NCBI GenBank assembly: GCA_039796775.1
Contig: JBDKJD010000001.1
Coordinates: 5,874 to 69,873, forward strand
Direction: 5' to 3'
Origin: Candidatus Parcubacteria bacterium
GTDB taxonomy: Bacteria; Patescibacteriota; Minisyncoccia; Phycocordibacterales; UBA5272
DNA: 64,000 bases
Shown here one piece after another: positions 1 through 8,837 of this stretch; within the stretch, counting starts at the first letter, position 1, and each line of letters begins with the position of its first letter. The translations under genes were made by a program, and so were the position numbers. The notes beneath the pieces are model-generated. The model searched no databases. It was not told the origin of the DNA and saw only the letters and a list, made by a program, of their open reading frames with translations.

Positions 1-183
1 TATAGCTTTGTTAGCTTCATCTTCTGATGCCATTTCTACGAATCCAAAACCTTTTGATCGGTTAGTCATCTTGTCAATAATGATTTGAGCAGAAACAACG
101 TTTCCTGCTTGTGAGAAGTGATTCTTAAGATCATCGTTAGATGATGCGTAAGGGATTCCACCCACGTACAATTTTGTATTCAT
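1..183 (-). CDS. RNA-binding protein with an RRM domain. The N-terminal 61 aa are in the window and the gene continues past coordinate 1.
   Basis: The reverse complement translates to MNTKLYVGGIPYASSNDDLKNHFSQAGNVVSAQIIIDKMTNRSKGFGFVEMASEDEANKAI. It shows the RNP-2 motif (LYVGGI) and RNP-1 motif (KGFGFVEM), with an ATG at 181-183 on the minus strand. Confidence 0.8.
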   Translation of the reverse strand, partial: MNTKLYVGGIPYASSNDDLKNHFSQAGNVVSAQIIIDKMTNRSKGFGFVEMASEDEANKAI

Positions 184-329
184 TTACGTTTTAACTAAAC
201 TTACTAAGAATAAGAGCCGAGAATCCAAGCTATACCCGTGAGACACGAACACAAATAGGATGAGGTTCTTACTAAAGAAAGTATACCACATCCTTTGGAT
301 AAAGTCCACCCTTTCTGGGGATAGGTTCT

Positions 330-363
330 CCACCGAAATGCAACTGCTTTCTTTTTTGATAAT
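330..363. repeat. Copy 1 of a ~36-nt conserved upstream element (ccaccgaaatgcaactgctttcttttttgataat).
   Basis: It is about 85% identical to 2218-2252. Both copies lie ~20-25 nt upstream (minus orientation) of a sigma70-like -35/-10 pair that drives a minus-strand gene. Confidence 0.5.
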
Positions 364-710
364 TACGGCCATTTGTAGATGATGTTTACTCACCCTCATT
401 TACTACAGGTGCGTTTCTACTCTGTCTCTCTCTGCGCTCGTAGAGAACTAATAGCACCACATTGGTTTACTATAGCGGTGCAGTTCTCGATATATGGTCC
501 CCAGATCAACTCTAAATACTTCTATGCTATATGTTTTTGCTTGTGCTCGTATAGGCACAAGACACAGATTCTGTCTTTGTGTTTTTCTTTAAATTTTGTA
601 AATATACTCTTTTTTATTTTTTGAATTTGGTATAACACTAATACAATTTTGAATTAAAAAGAGAATTTTCATAACGCTGTGGAATATAAGATATAATCTA
701 TTGGGTTGCG

Positions 711-1049
711 TTACTCAAACAGTTTTGCTGTTTGTCCAACATCTTCCTTTCCTTGGTTTTCAATATAACGTTGTACGGTTTGTTCATCTACGTCGACCGT
801 GGATACAAAGTATCCATCTGACCACACTCCGTCTGTGCCATAGCAGAGATGTTTGAGAAATGGGAATTTGGATTTGATGTTTCTTGAGGTGTTTGTTTTA
901 AGTAGCCTCACCACACTACCCACTGATACTTGTGGTGGTATAGAGATGAGTATGTGTACATGATTTATGTCGTGATTGATTTCTTTGATTCTTAGTCGTG
1001 GGTAGTGTTCTGTGACTTCATAGAATTTTTGTTCAAGGTATTCTAACAT
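711..1049 (-). pseudogene. tnpA: IS200-family transposase TnpA, truncated at the N terminus and probably inactive.
   Basis: The HUH motif HVHILISIPP and the C-terminal Tyr region (GYFVSTV) are present. The in-frame extension upstream of the ATG (..WGCSVTQPLPFR M..) still resembles the TnpA N terminus but is closed by a TAA with no start codon, so about 35 residues are missing. Confidence 0.6.
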
Positions 1050-1142
1050 GCGGAAAGGAAGAGGTTGGGTGACGCTACATCCCCAGGCTGACGCCGTAGG
1101 GTATTATGCGCGAATAAAAAATCATTACAACAAAAGAAAAAC

Positions 1143-1178
1143 CCCACGATTTACCTCGCGGGGTTATATTACTTACTT
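1143..1178 (-). terminator. Rho-independent terminator after the 292-aa gene. It may also be the left-end hairpin of the IS200 remnant.
   Basis: On the minus strand aaccccgcgagg-taaatc-gtggggtt is followed by tttcttttgtt. Confidence 0.5.
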
Positions 1179-1190
1179 TTATTTTCTTGA

Positions 1191-2069
1191 TCATGTAAAT
1201 GACGCCGCCCGCATCATCTTATCATAAACCTCTATGGGTTCAAGGTTTGAGAAGATGCGTCGTGCATACACATCCATCACAAGCCCTTGACGTGCAATCT
1301 TTTCGAGATTATCTTTATACTCCTTTGTGCCGGGCCGTTTAAGTGCAAAGCTCCATGTTGCAGGTTTCAATACACCTACCCCACCCCAACGGATAAACTC
1401 ACCCTGTTGTTTAGACGCACGGAAGTAGGCTTCAATGTCCTCCATGCCTGCGAGTGGAACCTCGCCATACTCAAGAGTACTTACCGTGGTTTTACCATCT
1501 CCATTACATTCAGGATTCATGCCACCAATCTGGTTAAGTAGTTTAAGATTCCAAATTGCACATGTATTTTGTGCAAATCTCCACTGAAGACGCTGGTGAT
1601 ACTGGTTGCGTAAGTACCCAACAAGCTCCAGCGCTTGGGCTTCCATGTAGTACAACATAAGATAAACCATATGCCCTGAAAGATCAATCTCGGGACTCCA
1701 AACAAGTAGTTTGTCTGCATTACGCTCGTTTGCAACTACAATACCAGCATTGATAGCAGTAGCTGACCCAGCATTAAGACCCCAACTATGAGACACTACT
1801 GGTACAAGTTTTCCACTAGCAATTTCTTCAGGAAAGAATTCCTGAAGACGAGATGTCGTTGGGGTTTCACCCTCTCGCAATTCTTCTGCATACTTTGAAC
1901 CAAGTTCAGCACAAGTTACCACAACAAGCCCCTTAAGTTCTGGAGGAGCAGTGTCAAACAATTTTTTAATTGGAGCAACAAGCCCCTTATCACACTTCTC
2001 TTTATTAAAAGTTGCAAAACTTGCACCACCTTGGAATGAGCGAGTAACAGCAAAGAGATTTGTATTCAT
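1191..2069 (-). CDS. Hypothetical protein of 292 aa, not recognised.
   Basis: It is a long ORF with AAAGG seven nt upstream of the ATG and a terminator downstream. Its GC content is higher than the surrounding DNA. No family is assigned. Confidence 0.6.
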   Translation of the reverse strand: MNTNLFAVTRSFQGGASFATFNKEKCDKGLVAPIKKLFDTAPPELKGLVVVTCAELGSKYAEELREGETPTTSRLQEFFPEEIASGKLVPVVSHSWGLNAGSATAINAGIVVANERNADKLLVWSPEIDLSGHMVYLMLYYMEAQALELVGYLRNQYHQRLQWRFAQNTCAIWNLKLLNQIGGMNPECNGDGKTTVSTLEYGEVPLAGMEDIEAYFRASKQQGEFIRWGGVGVLKPATWSFALKRPGTKEYKDNLEKIARQGLVMDVYARRIFSNLEPIEVYDKMMRAASFT

Positions 2070-2113
2070 GAGGAACCTTTCAAGATTGAAACTACTTTAA
2101 AGAATGATTATAT

Positions 2114-2154
2114 GGATAATACCGCTCTTTGTGAGACAAAGAGCAGTATTATCC
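2114..2154. promoter_or_regulatory. 17-bp inverted repeat (ggataataccgctcttt-N7-aaagagcagtattatcc), a candidate operator in the leader of the 292-aa gene.
   Basis: The arms are near-perfect palindromes with 1 mismatch. It lies 45-85 nt upstream of the ATG at 2069. Confidence 0.4.
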
Positions 2155-2217
2155 ATTGTCTATTATCTATAGTATCACTTTTATATGTAATAGTCAAGTA
2201 AATGTAGTGGTAAATTC

Positions 2218-2252
2218 CCTACCGAAATGCAATTACTTTCTTTCTTGATAAT
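2218..2252. repeat. Copy 2 of the conserved upstream element (cctaccgaaatgcaattactttctttcttgataat).
   Basis: It is followed (minus orientation) after ~20 nt by ttgact-N17-tactat and then the 292-aa gene. Confidence 0.5.
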
Positions 2253-2539
2253 GGAGGAACTTTGGTAATGATATCACTTTCAAGTGATGCTTCGTAAGTA
2301 TTCTTGTAACTAATTTATTTTATATACTTATGGTTTAAGGTAAACAGCGTTGATTGTAACTCTTCCCATGTAACAGAACTTTCTGATAGACTCTATAATT
2401 ATCATATAAGGATGTAGATTGAAAGTACTAAAAGATGAGAGAAGTGTGTCTGGGGAGTTATTACCGAATAGGTTTATTGGGTATAATTTAATACAATTAC
2501 AACCCAAAAGAAAATTTTCTGGGGATAGATACCCTTTTT

Positions 2540-4048
2540 CTACAAGTTACCGAGATCAAGAGTATGAGTGATACCAAGCTCTTTTACGAATTCATGTACG
2601 TGAGAAACTACGATAACCACACCATTAAAGTCATGAACAGCCTTCTGTATAGCAGGGATATGGCGGAAGTTAATATGATTAGTAGGCTCGTCTAAGATAA
2701 GGAGTCCTGGTTGCTGTAATCTCAAATAGGCGAACATAAGTAATCCTTTTTGACCTTCGGACAGGAGACCTATTTTTGAGGCTAATTGTTGACCACCTAA
2801 GAGCATGCTTGCAGCGACGCTACGTAATTTTTGATCATCTACTCTTTCGAAGACCTTAGCTAGCTCTTGATATGGACTCTTTTCAAAATCTAATGTAGAA
2901 AAGTCCTGACGATAATATCCAACTTTTATACCATCTTTGATAGAGACACCCTCTTCTTTTCGTTTTGCTATTTTTTCTAACAGTGTAGTTTTACCAATTC
3001 CATTTGGACCGATGATGTGTAACTTATCTCCTTTACGAAGCTCGAGGTTCACTTTTCTTGTCACCGGTTTATCATTATGAAGTACAGACACAGAAGAGAA
3101 TTGAACTATAACGCTCCCGATGTCTTCTTGGCAGGGGATAGTGAATGGTTTGATTGTCTTGTCTTCCTTACGCACTTCGGTCTTACTATCTTCTAATTCT
3201 TCCACTTCTTCTTTTAATTTTGCTGCGAGCTTGCGCATCTTCCCACCTTTTAGGGCGAAGAAGTTCACTTTATCTTTGTTGTCTTGTATTTCTTTTTCTA
3301 ATTGCGCATTTGCTCGTTCTGCTTTTTCGACAGCTCTTTTAATCTCTTCTACTACTTTGAAATAGTTCCCGACATATTGTTCTACTTTGTAATCCTGAGC
3401 ATTCACATACAATACCCCATGAGTGAATGAATTCAGGAACTGCGCATCGTGCGAGATAACAAGTACAGTTCTGTCATATTCTTTCATAAAACGAGTCAAA
3501 AGATCAATCCCTTGTTTGTCGAGATTGTTCGTCGGTTCATCTAAGAGTAAGAGATCTGGTTCTTGGATGAGAGCTTGAGCAATAAGTAATCTCCCTTTTT
3601 GTCCACCTGATAATTGTCGTATTTCTTTATCTAATGAAACAGAGAGTTCTACTTGTTTGAATATTTTCTCGGCTCGCTTGTCTATATCATATATTTTGGT
3701 AGTAAACGGTTCTTCCAAAAACTCTCGCACTGTCATTTCCCATTTTTTGTGAGGGATGAATTGTTTAGCGATCGCTATTTTGAGATCCTTTTGGAAAATA
3801 ATTCTCCCTTCTTCTGGTTTCAATTCATTCATAATAAGAGAGAAGAGTGTAGACTTACCAGCCCCATTCTGACCCATCAATGTGAACTTTGCTCCTTTTC
3901 TTAATACGAAGTTGCTCTCTACGAGAATCGGTTTGTTTTCTGCATATTTAAAAGTCACATCGTCAAAACGAAGTATTACTTCACCTGAGAGTGGATTGAT
4001 TTTTTCGGCCATATAACTATAGAAATTCTTAAGATTAAGCTCAAGCAT
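2540..4048 (-). CDS. ABC-F family ATPase with two ABC domains and no transmembrane region, EttA/Uup-like.
   Basis: There are two Walker A motifs (GQNGAGKST, GPNGIGKTT), two signature motifs (LSGGQKGRL, LSEGQKGLL) and an inter-domain linker. Confidence 0.85.
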   Translation of the reverse strand: MLELNLKNFYSYMAEKINPLSGEVILRFDDVTFKYAENKPILVESNFVLRKGAKFTLMGQNGAGKSTLFSLIMNELKPEEGRIIFQKDLKIAIAKQFIPHKKWEMTVREFLEEPFTTKIYDIDKRAEKIFKQVELSVSLDKEIRQLSGGQKGRLLIAQALIQEPDLLLLDEPTNNLDKQGIDLLTRFMKEYDRTVLVISHDAQFLNSFTHGVLYVNAQDYKVEQYVGNYFKVVEEIKRAVEKAERANAQLEKEIQDNKDKVNFFALKGGKMRKLAAKLKEEVEELEDSKTEVRKEDKTIKPFTIPCQEDIGSVIVQFSSVSVLHNDKPVTRKVNLELRKGDKLHIIGPNGIGKTTLLEKIAKRKEEGVSIKDGIKVGYYRQDFSTLDFEKSPYQELAKVFERVDDQKLRSVAASMLLGGQQLASKIGLLSEGQKGLLMFAYLRLQQPGLLILDEPTNHINFRHIPAIQKAVHDFNGVVIVVSHVHEFVKELGITHTLDLGNL

Positions 4049-4116
4049 TATACTACAATATAGTCATTTAGTCACTATAAACATCTTATAAAAATATTAA
4101 ATGCTATACTTTTTTT

Positions 4117-4617
4117 ATGTATAAAGCTCTTATTGTATTTTGTGCTGCACTTCTTTTAGGGAGCGCTTTTTACTATTTTAAAACTGGAGATGGTGGGTTA
4201 ATGCTTGAACGAGCAGTCACTCAAACAATTTCAAAACAAGAAGGAGTCACTCTTATTCAACTATTTTCTGGGAATTATAAATGTGAAGCAGATGATGGCT
4301 GCTCATTCCCGGTTGAGCTCAAGCTCTATGATGATACTAGTTTTGAATTGTTGTATAACAATACAGAAACACAGGAAGAGGTACAGGTAGCGGAAGGAAT
4401 TTGGGGTGTTGGAAGTAATAACAAACTGATTCTCATTGTGGATAGACAACGTTCAGCAAAACATATGCCTAAGTCAATATATGGCGTCATTGATACCTTA
4501 AAAATCAAAAACATTTCATCCAAAGCTACCATCTTTGAATGGATCAAGAATCCAACATTTACGAGAGTTTCAAATGACTTACAAAAAAATTCATCAACAG
4601 AAGAAGAATCTTTTTAG
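4117..4617 (+). CDS. Hypothetical membrane or secreted protein.
   Basis: The N-terminal segment MYKALIVFCAALLLGSAFYYF is hydrophobic. Confidence 0.5.
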   Translation: MYKALIVFCAALLLGSAFYYFKTGDGGLMLERAVTQTISKQEGVTLIQLFSGNYKCEADDGCSFPVELKLYDDTSFELLYNNTETQEEVQVAEGIWGVGSNNKLILIVDRQRSAKHMPKSIYGVIDTLKIKNISSKATIFEWIKNPTFTRVSNDLQKNSSTEEESF

Positions 4618-4695
4618 ATAAAGGGTTTGATAATTATAGTTAAACTTAGAGTACCGAGTCTGTTGCCTTATTACAATAATCAATATTTGAAGCTA

Positions 4696-4938
4696 TTATT
4701 TTCTGAAAAGTCGTCGCAGTTTTTTATTGAACTTCTCATAAAGATGATCTAACTTTGGATATTTTTTAACAAGAGAGAGAATTTTATTCTCTAAGGTTAC
4801 ACTTTCAAAAGAGAGAATAATCACCCCAATAATCAAAAATACTGTACCGTGCACTATAGGAAATATCATTCCTAGTACTCCTAAAATAACAAATATTGAG
4901 CCGAGTGTGATATGTAGTAATTTGCGTAAGTAGTCCAT
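4696..4938 (-). CDS. Small membrane protein with two transmembrane segments, possibly YbaN/DUF454-like.
   Basis: It is 80 aa, with hydrophobic helices followed by a basic C terminus. Confidence 0.45.
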   Translation of the reverse strand: MDYLRKLLHITLGSIFVILGVLGMIFPIVHGTVFLIIGVIILSFESVTLENKILSLVKKYPKLDHLYEKFNKKLRRLFRK

Positions 4939-4949
4939 ACTATGTGTCT

Positions 4950-5528
4950 TTATTCTGACAGTATTAAATCCTTAATAAAAATACTTTTTGTGCTACTCCC
5001 ATACACAACGCGTACAGTGCTTGAAGCATAAGAGAGAGACGTGGGTGTGGTAGTACCTAGCTTTATAGCATTAGCTCGAGCATAGGTGAGATCAGAGAGT
5101 CCGTACGCTAAGGCTACATAATATGTAGTATTTTCTTGTGTTACAAAGATAATATCCTTAAAACTATCATCATTAACAAAAGCTTTAACTGAAAGCGTGC
5201 TAGTAGCCGTAAGAGTATCCTTGAATGTTAAATATGTCGAGGTGCCAGACACGATGTATTGACCATCAAGGGATGTGAGGGAGGGTACTTTCTCTATATT
5301 ACCAGCTTTAAGTTGCATATCTTCACGAACAAAGATTTTAGTCTGTGTCTTACACAAATAAGGATAATCTTTTGGGACCACAAAACGAGCCTTAACACAC
5401 TCTTCATAAGAAGAGACATCGGTGAATGTTGTTTTAAGTGACACAAAAAAACTATACGCAACAAAAGACGAGACTGTAATAGTAATTAAAAAGATCTTAT
5501 TCTTATTGAGGAAATGATAGAGAGGCAT
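4950..5528 (-). CDS. Hypothetical membrane-anchored protein rich in Ser and Thr.
   Basis: There is an N-terminal transmembrane segment and a T/S-rich ectodomain. Confidence 0.5.
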   Translation of the reverse strand: MPLYHFLNKNKIFLITITVSSFVAYSFFVSLKTTFTDVSSYEECVKARFVVPKDYPYLCKTQTKIFVREDMQLKAGNIEKVPSLTSLDGQYIVSGTSTYLTFKDTLTATSTLSVKAFVNDDSFKDIIFVTQENTTYYVALAYGLSDLTYARANAIKLGTTTPTSLSYASSTVRVVYGSSTKSIFIKDLILSE

Positions 5529-5582
5529 GATTATTATTAAGTAGCAAGTGTATTACAGTATATCAACAATGACGAACGAATC

Positions 5583-8500
5583 TTATCTATTTTGTTGATA
5601 TTCTTTAAAAATAACAATTCCGGCCCTCAGTATTTTCCATACAAAAATACATGCTGTCTTAACAATCCCAGGCTTATTCTCAAAAGCTACTGTTAGATGC
5701 GCATATTCCTTTCCTGGGAAACGATAGAATAATACTGGTATAAGGATGAGAGTGAGGATAATAGCAAATGCGAGTCCGAACATGATAGTAAATGCAAGCG
5801 GCCCCCAAAGTGTCGATACAGTTGCAAGAGGTATCATCCCAACCACTGTCGTTACTGTTGTCAAAAATATAGGTCTCAAACGAACAGCGGAAGATTCAAC
5901 AATAGCTTCCAAGAGGGAGAAGTTCTGGCTTTCTTTCTCTAGAGCTAATCGTTTCAAGATGGAGTCTAATAATATGATCGCATGATTAATAATCACTCCA
6001 GCTAAAGCAACAAGACCGAGCATAGAAGAGAATGACAATGACTGCCCGGTTAATGTGAGACCGAACAATACACCAATGAGCGAGAGGGGGATAGTGAGGA
6101 GAAGGTACATTGAATATCGTAATGAGTTAAACTCAAGAACCAAGATAGCGAGCATCCCTAGCATCCCAACAATAAGTGCTAGCCCCATTTCTTTGAACGT
6201 TCTCTGTACATCTTCATTTTCTCCCCCATACACAACTTCAACAGAGGAAGGGATATCAAGCTCGGCTTCTCTTTTTTGAAAAGCATTCACAACTTCTATT
6301 GCATTAGCCCCACCTTCTAACCCAGCCGTGATTCTCGTATAACGCTTACCATTATCATGATTGATTTCATTTTTGCTTGTGCCAAGAGATACACTCACCA
6401 GTGATCCAAGCGGAATTACTTGAGAACTATTTGTCGTTACTGGCAATTGCTTAATAGCATCAATTGTTGCAACTGAAGTATCTTCAGGATTAATAAAAGA
6501 ATTGTTGAGATCAACTTTGACGACAATGTCTATATCTTCTTCTTGTTTTGTTATCGTTGTAGCATTCACTCCGGAGACTGCGGTTCTTAATATTTGAGCC
6601 ACAGTAAGAGGATTTAACCCTACCTGTGAAGCTTTTGCTCTGTCTACTTCTATGTTGAATTGAGCACCATCATTTTTAAGTGAGGTTTCGATATTTTTTG
6701 CTCCGCCTATATCATTTAATAATGTCTCACCCTTATCTGCTAACAGTGAAAGTTCTTCGAGTGAATCTCCTTTGAAAGTGATAACAATAGGTGCGCCTGA
6801 TGGTGGGCCATTGTTACCTTGTTCTACTTTTATGAATGCACCATTAATAACTGATAGTTTTGATTCAAGATAGGGGATGAGTTCAGTTGAAGTCATTTCC
6901 TTTTCTTGTTTGAGATTAACGGTGATATTAGCTAACTTTGTATTCTGTCCTCCTCCGTTATTAGAGAATACAGATGACGCACCAACTGTTGTGATAAACG
7001 ATTCAATATAAGGCTCCTCATAAAGAATTTCTTCAACCTGTCTCACATAAAGATCAGTATCCTTAAGCGGTGTCCCTTGTGGTCGCTCAACAGAAACATA
7101 GATCGCATTCTGCTCTTCTTGTGGAAAGAACTCTACGTTTAAAAATCCAAGGACTGGTAGGAGAATTGAAGTCAAGAGAGATATTTTTAGAAAATTAAAA
7201 AACTTATTCTGAAAATTACTATTTTGTAATATCTTTCGAAGAAAATCCTTGTACCAATTCCTAGCTTTAACGAAATATTCTTCTTGAATCCTAATCAAAC
7301 GATTTTCTGACACTTCACTTGTTGTGTGTTTTTTGTCAGATAACAAAATAGCAAGAAGTGGGACCATTCCAAGAGCAACAAAAATAGACGCAATGAGAAC
7401 GAAAATAATAGTGAATGGTATTGAAGAGATAAATTGTCCTACAACTCCAGAGAGGAAAAATAGTGGGGCAAATACAGCAACAGTAGTCATTGTTCCTGCT
7501 ATAAGAGGCCAGGCGTATTCTCGTATTGAATCTTCAGCTGCCTTATAAATATCCCCATCATATTTATCTTTCTTTGTATGTATGGCTTCTGCTATTACAA
7601 TACCTGAGTCCACTAATATTCCTATCGCCAAGATAAGAGAAAATAGTGACAAGAAGTTAATAGTATTACCAGATGCATACAAGCCAATGAATGCAATCAC
7701 AAAAGAAAGCGGAATAGAGAGCCCGGCTACAATACTTTCTCGCCATCCTATTGTCAAGAAGAGCATAATCATCACCAAGATAACAGTCTCTATACCAACA
7801 CGGAATAGCTGCGTGAGATCTTTCTTCACTTCTTTACCAGCATCAAAAGAGACAACGACAGATGAATCAATAAGAAGAGATGACTTAAGTTCTTCGATTT
7901 TTGCTTTAACGTCTTCACCGATGACTGTCACGTCCCCACCTGATTTTTTGTACACATTAAGAGAGATACCGTATTTAGAAGGTTCTCCATCCAATGAAAT
8001 TCGAGAGTATGTAGTCGGTGGAGCGATACCATCAATGGTGGTAGCAATATCCTTCAAATAAATTGTTGCACCATTTGTTGTTGATATAGGTATTTGAGAC
8101 ACAGTATCAATATCTTCTATTGATCCAAAAAACTTAATAGGGTAATCAATTGAAGACACGGTAATAGTTCCAACAGGAAGAGAGCTATTAGCTGCAGAGA
8201 TAGCTTGTAAGACTTGAGGGATTGAGACATTATAGCTTGCTAATTTGTCTTTGCGTAAGATTACCTGGAATTCTCTATCTCTTACCCCAGAAAGCTCCAC
8301 CTTAGATACTCCTTTTATTTTTTCTAATTCTTTTTCTAGACTTTTACCGAGCGCTCTTAATTGAGCTGGAGCTGAGTCAGAAGAAATAGAGAAGATAAGA
8401 ATTGGCTGTTCAGAGAAATTGATTTTGTTAACAGATGGTTCCGTTGCATCTTCTGGTAACTCATTCTTAACTTTATCTACTGATTCTTTGAGCGCTGCAA

Positions 8501-8816
8501 TTGACTCATCAATGTTTGCAGATGCCTCGAATTGTGCAGTAATAACAGAGAGCCCCTCTCGTGATGATGATGTTACCTTCTCAACATTTTCTGTGTTAAT
8601 AATTTCTTTTTCCAAACGATTAGTAACCAATTCTTCAACGTCCGCAGCAGAGGCTCCACGTAATACTGTTGTCACAACACCAACGGGGATAATAACCTCC
8701 GGCGAGGATTCTTTTGGTATAGCCAAAAGAGAATATGCCCCAGCACACACCAAAGATACCATTATTAAATACGTGAATACTTTTTTTCTTAAAAAGAATA
8801 GCCAGAGAGAAATCAT
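5583..8816 (-). CDS. RND-family efflux transporter permease (AcrB/MMPL superfamily).
   Basis: It is 1077 aa with a 12-TM, two-large-loop architecture typical of RND pumps. Confidence 0.9.
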   Translation of the reverse strand: MISLWLFFLRKKVFTYLIMVSLVCAGAYSLLAIPKESSPEVIIPVGVVTTVLRGASAADVEELVTNRLEKEIINTENVEKVTSSSREGLSVITAQFEASANIDESIAALKESVDKVKNELPEDATEPSVNKINFSEQPILIFSISSDSAPAQLRALGKSLEKELEKIKGVSKVELSGVRDREFQVILRKDKLASYNVSIPQVLQAISAANSSLPVGTITVSSIDYPIKFFGSIEDIDTVSQIPISTTNGATIYLKDIATTIDGIAPPTTYSRISLDGEPSKYGISLNVYKKSGGDVTVIGEDVKAKIEELKSSLLIDSSVVVSFDAGKEVKKDLTQLFRVGIETVILVMIMLFLTIGWRESIVAGLSIPLSFVIAFIGLYASGNTINFLSLFSLILAIGILVDSGIVIAEAIHTKKDKYDGDIYKAAEDSIREYAWPLIAGTMTTVAVFAPLFFLSGVVGQFISSIPFTIIFVLIASIFVALGMVPLLAILLSDKKHTTSEVSENRLIRIQEEYFVKARNWYKDFLRKILQNSNFQNKFFNFLKISLLTSILLPVLGFLNVEFFPQEEQNAIYVSVERPQGTPLKDTDLYVRQVEEILYEEPYIESFITTVGASSVFSNNGGGQNTKLANITVNLKQEKEMTSTELIPYLESKLSVINGAFIKVEQGNNGPPSGAPIVITFKGDSLEELSLLADKGETLLNDIGGAKNIETSLKNDGAQFNIEVDRAKASQVGLNPLTVAQILRTAVSGVNATTITKQEEDIDIVVKVDLNNSFINPEDTSVATIDAIKQLPVTTNSSQVIPLGSLVSVSLGTSKNEINHDNGKRYTRITAGLEGGANAIEVVNAFQKREAELDIPSSVEVVYGGENEDVQRTFKEMGLALIVGMLGMLAILVLEFNSLRYSMYLLLTIPLSLIGVLFGLTLTGQSLSFSSMLGLVALAGVIINHAIILLDSILKRLALEKESQNFSLLEAIVESSAVRLRPIFLTTVTTVVGMIPLATVSTLWGPLAFTIMFGLAFAIILTLILIPVLFYRFPGKEYAHLTVAFENKPGIVKTACIFVWKILRAGIVIFKEYQQNR

Positions 8817-8837
8817 AAAGGTTGAGCAGTGTGGGAA

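Larger units (their letters stand above)
540..1185 (-). mobile_element. Remnant of an IS200/IS605-family element. The boundaries are approximate.
   Basis: It contains a truncated Y1/HUH transposase (tnpA) ORF at 711-1049. There are subterminal hairpins at 540-561 (cttgtgc-N8-gcacaag) and 1143-1172 (aacccc.cg...cgcgggg). The size fits a minimal ~0.65-kb IS200. Confidence 0.45.

Noticed and set aside
184-624. ORFs 184-399 (-) and 379-624 (+).
   Set aside because: They lie in a promoter, repeat and IS-end region. Their translations are not protein-like and they lack start-codon context.
1191-2069. Whether the 292-aa protein next to the IS200 remnant is a TnpB-type IS605 accessory nuclease.
   Set aside because: No RuvC-like D/E/D motifs, no zinc-finger CxxC pair, and it is too short. 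It does not look like TnpB.
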